NCBI GenBank assembly: GCA_023515725.1
Contig: JALDTO010000209.1
Location: 1-9,076, forward strand
Reading direction: 5' to 3'
DNA: 9,076 nucleotides
From: Amoeboaphelidium protococcarum X5
Taxonomy: Eukaryota > Fungi > Aphelidiomycota
This document shows, one piece after another, positions 1 to 9,076 of this stretch. How positions within the stretch are numbered: position 1 is the stretch's first letter; each line of letters starts with the position of its first letter. The translations under genes and the position numbers were made by a program. The notes beneath the pieces are model-generated. The model did no database searches. It was given only the letters and a program-made list of their open reading frames with translations, and was not told where the DNA came from.

Positions 1-143
1 AAAAGTTCCTGATTATAGTGTGTCCCGAAGGACAATAGGCTTGGTGTTAATCCACTCTTGAATCAAAGGATCGCGTTTAAAGGAGATTAAAGGAGGCCGT
101 GTCAAAGTTTCCGTTCAAACGTTCCGCTTTCGTCCATTTTTAC
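1..143. repeat. Left copy of ~143-bp inverted repeat bracketing the window
   Basis: 1..143 is the reverse complement of 8935..9076. Positions 1-76 are identical, with substitutions at 77 (t/c), 97 (c/t) and 111 (c/t) and a 1-bp indel at ~124-125. Similarity ends after ...cgtccatttttac. Contains the hairpin tgtcc-cgaa-ggaca (21-34) and tandem ttaaaggag copies (77-85, 87-95). Confidence 0.97.
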
Positions 144-570
144 CCAAGTTTGAGTGAGTAGTACCTTTGCAACATCGTCTCGTAGAATATTGTCAAGTTC
201 AAAGATAAATAGCACTTTATATACATTTACTTTATTTCCGCAGAGCTTTTTGATCTCACTAACGAGTGGTAAATTATCGCGAGGCTTTGATGGATGAGCC
301 AGTGAGTGTTTGAACATTAAAAGTCAACTACCTAGAGCTGAAGATTTATTAAATTGTGGCTTCGAATGGCAAGTGCGTTAATGATTATGAAAGAATTAGA
401 GCATAATAATCCTAGGTGCCAAGTTCCTATCAACAGCTGATGAACCTAAATTACCATTCGCTAGAAACTATATACAAAAACACCCCTCTCAACGAATATA
501 TATATAGTCTCAAGATCCAGTATCACACACGCGTAGTATATCGCTATTCCATTGAAAAGTATACAAACGT

Positions 571-2265
<1,695 letters not shown>

Positions 2266-2557
2266 GCTGATTTCTAATTAATAGTTTAAACTTAAAGTAT
2301 TTCGAGTTAATGGTGAGAGTAAACGCGATTTAGTTTAGCGATATCCGTGAACGATCGCGCAACGTGCTTTTGAGACAGAAAGAGCGAGAAAGATGATAGA
2401 GTGAGTCATCCATCCACTGATTCGATTTTAAACAATGGTTGCGATTAGATGATTGATTAATTAACTGACAATTTACAGTCTAAATATCAAATAACTTAAA
2501 CGTTTATAATATTCATCATCAGCATTTATATATTAAAATAATCGAGTAAAGTAACAA

Positions 2558-5242
2558 TCACAGCTGAGCGGTTGTGCGAATCTCGGCAATCTCCTGCTGC
2601 TTCATGCCTAACAGTTCCAAAGCTTCAGGATCGTCCACAGCGGCGGGTTCTCCGTCAATGGTGACGCGCGCTATGTAGTCTTCCTTCTCGATAGCACGCT
2701 TCACAGCCGGCGGAATATCAGGAATGAGAACTGTGAACAGGCCCTTCAAACCAAAGACCAGATGCTCGAAAATCAGCACAAACGCCAACTTACCGACAAG
2801 CTGCGCGTAAGAATCCTGTGGGCCCAGCTGAGCCAAATAAGTTTCTTGAAAATTTTAACTACTGAAAGCAATCAGTGCAGCATTGGTTAGAACGGCAAAG
2901 TAGGATATAAAAGTCAAAATCTTCTCCCAAGAGCCAATATCTTGCGCTCTGAATGGTACAGCTCGTCTCTTTGCCACAATCAGCTGATAGGCATCTTGTC
3001 TAATCTCTACCAAATTATTGAGATATGCAAATAGAGGTGCCAATGGGAAGGCAGTGATGAACAAACACATGAATCCAAATTGCAAAGCCATCTCGTTGTA
3101 CTCAGAATTCAAATCATCAGGCGGAGATAGCATATCCTCTTTCACCCAAGGTGCAACTCCGTTCAAATCCAACTCACCCAAGTCCTGATCATTGATGGCT
3201 GCATCAACACCATACGCCAGCACCAGCTTCTCTCTGGCATCTTTCAATTTCTAAGCCTCCTGACGCTGATAAAGCAACTTCATAATCTTTGGCATAAAGT
3301 ACTCAGTACCATGAGCAACCACACGCTTACCTACAAATATGATACCCAACTGAATTGTCAAATCTGCCAAACAAGAGCTATACGAACACCGATCATTCCA
3401 ACCAAGCCGGCCCATAACGTTAGTACCGGCATGTTCTTGTATCAATCCAATATAAAAAAGACTAGCGTAGGTATTGACAAAATCAAACAAGAATTGCTTG
3501 TAAATCAGACCATCTTCGTAGTCTGTTTAAAATTTGTGGTTCTCCCAGTCATTTAACACCACGGCAATCTTTTTATACGCCATGGCTAACACAATCAGCA
3601 CGACCAGAGAGAAGAGACCACTCGTTACAGGAGCAACCCACAAATACTCACCAGAGTTGCTGACTGCAAAATTGATAAAAACTCTGTACACAATAATAGC
3701 AGCTACTGAGAGAATAACAATTGCAATACAGACCAAAGATACCAAGAACGATACAACAATCTTGGAACGGTACATCCAGGTCGGCTAATGCAATTCATAC
3801 TTACCTGTAATAGGACTTTTACGAGCTCCGATTGGTCTCCACTCTGGGCGAATAAGTTCAGATTTTTCAAATTTCCAAACGTCCCACTTGTACGCCAAAG
3901 TGCCCTGATATCTTTTCCAATATTCCAGAAATAACGTTCCCCACACAGCCATAAACAGTGAGAATACTGGTGACAACTCATTGTCGAATATTCTCACCAA
4001 CAGCTGGTCATTAACCGATGCAGAGCTGATCTTGCCAAGACCATAGAAAAATACAATAAGACCAACAATTGCAGCTGCCAAGACCCAATTCGTATAATAA
4101 CCAAGCCATGCAAAATATAGAGCAGTCTTCACTCCCAAATAAGACTTGACCTTATCCAACGGCTACTTGGCGAACATTTTTGATACCCATTGAATATTCA
4201 GCTGAGCCCGTTCATTCATAGAGCCAGTCTTCTTCTTAAAATTGCCATCATGCAATGGATAGAAGGTTGAGAAGACATGGGCATTAGTAAGACGTTTTAT
4301 ACCAACATTTCTGCGCTTCTTATACTTTGCAATCTTGGTATCAATAAGCAGCTGGTATGTTAATTCAATCCGCTGACCAGTATTGAAAAAGTCAGTCTAG
4401 ACGTTGTGCTCACCCACCATCTTGACATCACCGCCAACAAACAGGTGCATCTTCTTGACTTTAAACGGTGCCACAGGTTGACGCACCTACTCGACTCCAA
4501 CATTCAATACCATATCAACAAAATTAGAGGCCTGAGTGACAATAGAGTTGTGAGACTTTTTAACATCAGAATCCTGAATTCCGTTCGATTAATTTAACAG
4601 TTCAAAACTCAACTTTGATCTTTCAGCTTCTTCACACAACAAGTAAAATGGAGTAATAATCTTGATGTAAACAGCAGTCTTATCAACGTTGTACTCCTCT
4701 TCAAGAACCATACCTTTATCCAACAAGGCTTTAATATACTACAATCTAGCTTACTATTTCATCTCATCCTTCTCAACAGCCTTTTCAGAGGTATCCTTTC
4801 CATCAGAGATATTATACTTGATAATGAAGTCGTAAAAGCCAGTGCCATTCACAGCTTTAACAATAGCATCGCCACCTTTACGCTTACAAAATTACTTGAA
4901 AGATGCTTACAAGTCGCTCTTGTCATATTAGGCAAGTACTTCATCAAACAAACGAGCTTGGTCTTCATCATTGAACATTACAGCACGATTTTTTAATTGC
5001 TTTATAATGAGACCATCACGGCGCACAGTTTAGCAATCCTCATTATTCGTATCATTTTATGGCTACGATTTAGCATCAATCTTAACATCATCCTGCTCAG
5101 TAACAGCTGGATATACGGGAGTTTAGAAATCGGCCGTGGTTGTCACAGGTTCATCTCTCACGATATCAGGCACAGACCCATCACTGACATTACTAATCTA
5201 ACGTTCAGTTTCCTACACTATCGCTAAGCTGATGTTAGACAT
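2558..5242 (-). CDS. Anoctamin / TMEM16 family Ca2+-activated chloride channel or scramblase, ~894 aa, TAA/TAG=Gln; start uncertain (possible upstream exon 5278..5328)
   Basis: A single frame runs from ATG 5242 to TGA 2558-2560 and links five ORF-track fragments. Motifs: YIKIITPFYLLCEEAE (N-terminal cytosolic domain), YPLHDG, QPLDKVKSYLGVKTALYFAWLGYYT, WGTLFLEYWKR, WENHKFQTDYEDGLIYK, FVNTYASLFYI, CSYSSCLADLTIQLGIIFVGK, EYNEMALQFGF, FPLAPLFAYLNNLVEIRQDA, AQDIGSW, FVLIFEH. About 20 in-frame TAR codons. Confidence 0.93.
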
Positions 5243-5277
5243 GTTGATGATGAGAAAGCATATTAACAAAAACTTAC
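5213..5277 (-). other. Candidate spliceosomal intron near the anoctamin 5' end
   Basis: On the minus strand there is a GTAAGT donor (5277-5272), a CTAAC branch site (5238-5234) and several AG acceptors. The TAG ending at 5213 would join the upstream exon MDTNDTNLPNTPIGAHH (ATG 5328) in frame to ETERQISNV. This is not proven, because nearer AGs would have to be skipped. Confidence 0.4.
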
Positions 5278-5910
5278 ATGATGGGCGCCTATAGGAGTAT
5301 TAGGCAGATTTGTATCATTGGTATCCATCTCTGAAATAATTGCAAATACAAGAAATTAATTTCGGTTGAACAATACACCAAGGTACAGAGATTAGATACA
5401 GAAAAAAGAATACAAGCTCCGATTATATCTGCTAGTGAAACAACGACAACAATTGGACAAACAACGGAACGGCCGACTTTTTGAAACGATGCGGACACAA
5501 AGCGATGCACAGATGAAACGTTTCGCCCGGTAACCAAACTGATGGCTGTAAGTTTCAACTTTGAGATATCGATAGACAAGCAACTACAACATATGCTGAT
5601 CGCTTGTTGCCATTCATTGTTTACTTGATTTAATTAATTGTCTATGGTGCTGCATAAATGTGATTAAGAGCATTTCGAAATCTCCATTATATTCGCGATA
5701 CACATTGATCTGCAGAAAAGATTCAGGCTGATTCAGCAAAGATGTCCTAATTATTACAAATCGCTCGTAATGAATCAATTGGCCGGTTTGATTCACGCAT
5801 TAATCATTATAAGTCACGATACGCTATATAGCACCATCACCTAGTTACTCTCCTCTTTCCTTCTCTTGACTATACTCTTAAAATTTTGGTACTTACTAAT
5901 CAAAAAAATT

Positions 5911-6231
5911 ATGGAAAAGACATTTAGTGATATCCCTGTGATTAGTGAACGCAAAAAGTTTAGCGAGAGACAAGATCAGCAAGACCCTGATTAGCTGGTA
6001 GAAAGAGCTTATGGCACGGAAGTATAGCATGATCCACATGCACAGACTCCTCATATCAAAGCTGAAAAGGAGATGGAGCATTCTTCATCTGAAAAAGATC
6101 AAGGTGATCAAGCAACGGGAGGAAAGCAATCTGAAAGTGATGAAACAATCGATGAACGTAAAGAGGGACGCACCAATCTGGCAAGTGAGCTGTATTTCGC
6201 CACTCAGCCTAAAAATTATTATGAGCATTGA
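5911..6231 (+). CDS. Small acidic/hydrophilic protein of unknown function, 106 aa (visible only with TAG=Gln)
   Basis: ATG 5911 follows an A-rich context and the frame ends at TGA 6229-6231. Two internal TAGs (5992-5994, 6025-6027). Sequence: MEKTFSDIPVISERKKFSERQDQQDPDQLVERAYGTEVQHDPHAQTPHIKAEKEMEHSSSEKDQGDQATGGKQSESDETIDERKEGRTNLASELYFATQPKNYYEH. AATAAA at 6235-6240 and a CT-rich tract upstream. Confidence 0.7.
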
Positions 6232-6362
6232 TTGAATAAACAATTTACTTTCGTGTTGACATCTTTTAAATGATTTCAATTATTGATAGTTCTTAGTCAC
6301 TCTGAACGTATATTTACCTTTGCGCGGTCTACAGTCTCATTTACTGTAATTCGAAAGAGAAG

Positions 6363-6382
6363 TTCTCCTCTCTCTCTCTCTT
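6363..6382 (+). repeat. (CT)n / polypyrimidine tract upstream of the RFC gene
   Basis: ttctcctctctctctctctt lies about 100 bp upstream of ATG 6481. Confidence 0.6.
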
Positions 6383-6480
6383 AATAGAAACGCGTCGCTA
6401 ATCTTCGTTTCACTCTTCTCAGTATTTACGTTGTGTTGCTTATATTGTACATACTCTTTATTCATTATCTCTTACTAAAA

Positions 6481-7647
6481 ATGTCATTGTGGGTGGATAA
6501 GCATAGGCCTAAATAGCTGAAAGACTTGGGACATAGCCCGGATTTGACTAGAACTCTGCATAGCCTCGCAAAGAATGGCGCAGACATGCCACATCTATTG
6601 GTATACGGTCAGAGTGGAGCTGGTAAGAAGACTCGCGTACACTGTCTGTTGAGAGAACTCTTCGGCGCCGGTGTTGACAAGATGGGCATACACAACAAGA
6701 TGTACACTGTCACCAGCGGATCTAGTAATCAGAAGCTGGAGTGTACTGTGTTGAGTTCCTCTTGGCATCTGGAGATGAATCCATCTGACAACGGGCAGTC
6801 ATAGGATCGCCTGGTCATTCAGGAGGTTGTAAAAGAGATTGCCTCCATGGGCAATGTCGTTGAAGTGGCCCATGTTGGAGATGATTAGTAATAACAAGAT
6901 TAGGATGAAGTAAAGCCAACTCGTCCGCGCTATAAGCCTATAGTTCTACATAATGCCGATGCTCTGAGTGTGTCTGCGCAACATGCTCTCCGCCGCACTA
7001 TGGAAAAGTATAGCAAGTAGATTAGATTGATTCTGATTGCCGAGAACATTTCCCGTATCATTTCTCCTATTCGCTCTCGATGTCTTGGTATTCGTGTCGG
7101 TGCTCCGTCAAAGATGGAATGTGTGGACCTTTTACAGAAAGTTGGTCGTAAGGAGGGTGTTAGAGTGAGCGGGGACGAGGATTTGGTGTATGGACGGTTT
7201 GTGGATGCAAGCAAGTTCAATATTCGCCGATCAATGTTGATGTTGGAAGCTGCAAGTGTGCAAGCGCATTAAAGTGCTTTGTCTTTCAATACTTAGATTC
7301 CTATAGCTGATTACATGGTATTCATAAAGTCGGTATGTGATGTGGTGTTTTGCGAGTAGAATAATAGCGCAGTGTTGAAGGTTCGCTCCATGCTCTATGA
7401 ACTATTGTCCAAATGTATTCCACCAGCGATGATCCTGAAGGAGATGTGTTTTAATCTTGCGGAACTGTGCAAGAGCAAGTATCAAGCAGATCAGTTGTTA
7501 AATTTGATCAGATTCTTGTTTGAGGAGGCTGCGATTTATGACGAAAGACTTCGTTTGGGGACGGCCTCGAAATCCATATTCCACTTGGAAGCTTATGTGG
7601 TTAAAGTTATGGCCAAATTGAAGTAGGCTCAGCTAATTTTGAGATGA
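6481..7647 (+). CDS. RFC5: Replication factor C small subunit (yeast Rfc5 / human RFC3 orthologue type), 388 aa, TAA/TAG=Gln
   Basis: The N-terminus reads MSLWVDKHRPK (RFC box II). Walker A-like PHLLVYGQSGAGKKTR, then HLEMNPSD, DRLVIQEVVKEIA, AQHALRRTMEKY, SPIRSRC (SRC motif) and KSIFHLEAYV. One frame links three ORF-track fragments. It reads through TAG 7624 to TGA 7645-7647 and has 11 in-frame TAR codons. Confidence 0.95.
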
Positions 7648-7734
7648 ATTTCTACTGTATACTGTATTCTAAATGAAAGTTCTGTGAGATTAATACTATT
7701 GCGACGAAAGCATTTGCATAATTATATGCACTAC

Positions 7735-7740
7735 TTTATT
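7735..7740 (-). other. Candidate polyadenylation signal AATAAA just after the FTase-beta stop
   Basis: + strand tttatt at 7735-7740, 9 nt past the TGA. A similar AATAAA follows the small ORF at 6235-6240. Confidence 0.4.
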
Positions 7741-7749
7741 CACATTCTA

Positions 7750-8871
7750 TCACTATTGATGCAACAAAGCATTCCATTGCTGTAATTTTCTAACAGATAT
7801 ATTGTAACGAGGATCGAGTGGACTTAGTTATAAATCGTGAGATGATTACTCATTTGCAATTGACAAACCAGATAGCGCGTAACAAGTATGATAATAATCA
7901 GGACCTCTATCATATCGGTCGGTAAATCCACCGCCTGGTACTATTTATGCACACGCCAAATTCCAATTAATCACTCCTATCCAATTGCAAACATCCACCG
8001 GCATGACGGAGTGATTAGATTTTTACCGTTAAAGCAATATGGCATGAGAAGCTCCTTGCCAATAGCTATAACAAGCATCAACCAGTTTATTAGTCCTCCC
8101 TTAGAATCCACCTTCAAGTGGCATTTATCGATGTCGCAACCATCGCTGCAATCGTGTCAGATCTATAGTACTGCTATCCAACTTTTACAGTATGCTCAAA
8201 GTCGCCAGACCACAGTAAGTGTATCCACCGTGTGCTTCATTGCCAACATTGCCTCCGATACCACCCTCATACGTCTGACATTGCGCAACAAACTCTGCAA
8301 CATTACGGCATAACTATTCATCCATTATATTCAGAAGCGATGCCACAGCTATGGCGCAGTAAGACCCGCGAATGTCCACCTCGCCGCCTCTGTGCATAAC
8401 AAATGAGCCATCAGATTATTTGAGCGATTAAAGAAATTTATACATCTTTTATCTATCAATGAGATCCAATGCTTCTTAAGTTCCAATAGTTACTAGTGCA
8501 CACACAGCAGCATAAGTGGGGGCGAGATGAGATACTTGATTAGGTCCACCAGCGAATCCGCCATCGGAACTCACATTATAACAGTTTCGTAGTTTGGCCA
8601 AAGCTCCATCTATCAGAGATTGAAGATCATTCGATTAAATCCACTGGTCGTCCTCAGGATGTAACAACTCCATAGAGTGAAGAATCCAATAGCACAGCCA
8701 TGGTTGACTGGCATCCAGCGACACGAATGAAGATGACAGATTGTGCATTCCCCGAATACAATACTTGACATGGCTAACGGTATCCAGTCCAGGCTCTTAC
8801 CCATCCAAATCATCAATCACTTCATTAAACGATAGCAACGCGTCATCCTACAGTTCATCAGTCTAGTTCAT
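7750..8871 (-). CDS. RAM1: Protein farnesyltransferase beta subunit (Ram1/FNTB), 373 aa, TAA/TAG=Gln; absent from the ORF track
   Basis: ATG 8871 to TGA 7750-7752. Motifs: LDASQPWLCYWILHSMELL, GGFAGGPNQVSHLAPTYAAV, SLKQSDGSFVMHRGGEVDIRGSYCA, CQTYEGG, EAHGGYTYCGLA, RQMPLEGGFQGRTNKLVDACYSYWQ (Zn ligands D, C) and DYYHTCYALSGLS (Zn ligand H). The PWLCYW tryptophans and the Asp in GGFTD favour FTase over GGTase-I. 18 in-frame TAR codons. Confidence 0.96.
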
Positions 8872-8934
8872 TACTTATTATGGTTTAGACCGACAAAAGT
8901 TCAAATTTCTCAACCTTAATCGATCAAAACTGAA

Positions 8935-9076
8935 GTAAAAATGGACGAAAGCGAACGTTTGAACGAAAACTTTGACACGACCTCCTTTAATCTCCTTTAG
9001 ACGCGATCCTTTGATTCAAGAGTGGATTAACACCAAGCCTATTGTCCTTCGGGACACACTATAATCAGGAACTTTT
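8935..9076. repeat. Right copy of the inverted repeat bracketing the window
   Basis: Reverse complement of 1..143 (142 bp). Carries tgtcc-TTCG-ggaca (9043-9056) and ends in TTTT at the window edge. Confidence 0.97.

Noticed and set aside
78-96. AAAGGAG/AAGGAGG resembling Shine-Dalgarno sites
   Set aside because: The context is eukaryotic and no credible ORF follows. Treated as an internal repeat motif.
102-317. 71-aa minus-strand ORF running into the left repeat
   Set aside because: No recognisable motif. Its 3' part lies in the repeat, whose other copy has a 1-bp indel, so the frame is not conserved.
3311-5227. Short plus-strand ORFs (3311..3556, 3534..3788, 4406..4597, 4997..5227) and minus ORF 3703..3981
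   Set aside because: These are shadows of the anoctamin CDS.
5289-5796. Minus-strand ORFs in the divergent intergenic region
   Set aside because: They have non-ATG starts or no motifs. The region is most simply the shared promoter/UTR of the anoctamin and the small ORF.
6011-6235. 74-aa plus ORF from the track
   Set aside because: It overlaps, in another frame, the longer 5911..6231 ORF, which has a better start context and a coherent composition.
7888-8313. 141-aa plus-strand ORF (and 8613..8816 minus ORF)
   Set aside because: These are antisense or off-frame to the clearly identifiable farnesyltransferase beta gene.
8929-8953. Hammerhead-like fragments (ctgaag...ggacgaaa)
   Set aside because: The CUGANGA core and stem II are not formed, and the ctgaag part is absent from the left copy.

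Overview
Compact eukaryotic nuclear DNA that uses a non-standard genetic code. TAA and TAG are read as glutamine and TGA is the only stop (NCBI table 6-like). The standard-code ORF track therefore breaks the real genes into fragments and misses two of them entirely. With TAR=Gln, the window holds five continuous CDSs, all ending in TGA: phosphoglucomutase (-, 571..2265), an anoctamin/TMEM16 (-, 2558..5242, possibly with a short extra 5' exon), a small hydrophilic protein of unknown function (+, 5911..6231), a replication factor C small subunit of the yeast Rfc5/human RFC3 type (+, 6481..7647), and the protein farnesyltransferase beta subunit (-, 7750..8871). The proteins look opisthokont/fungus-like. 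Together with TAR=Gln, this suggests an aphelid such as Amoeboaphelidium protococcarum, which is an inference and not verified. The whole window is bracketed by a ~143-bp inverted repeat (1..143 and 8935..9076; first 76 bp identical, then 3 transitions and 1 indel). The repeat contains a C(UUCG)G hairpin within a possible larger RNA fold. Its nature is unresolved: true linear ends, a dispersed ncRNA or transposon end, or assembly breakpoints at a collapsed repeat.
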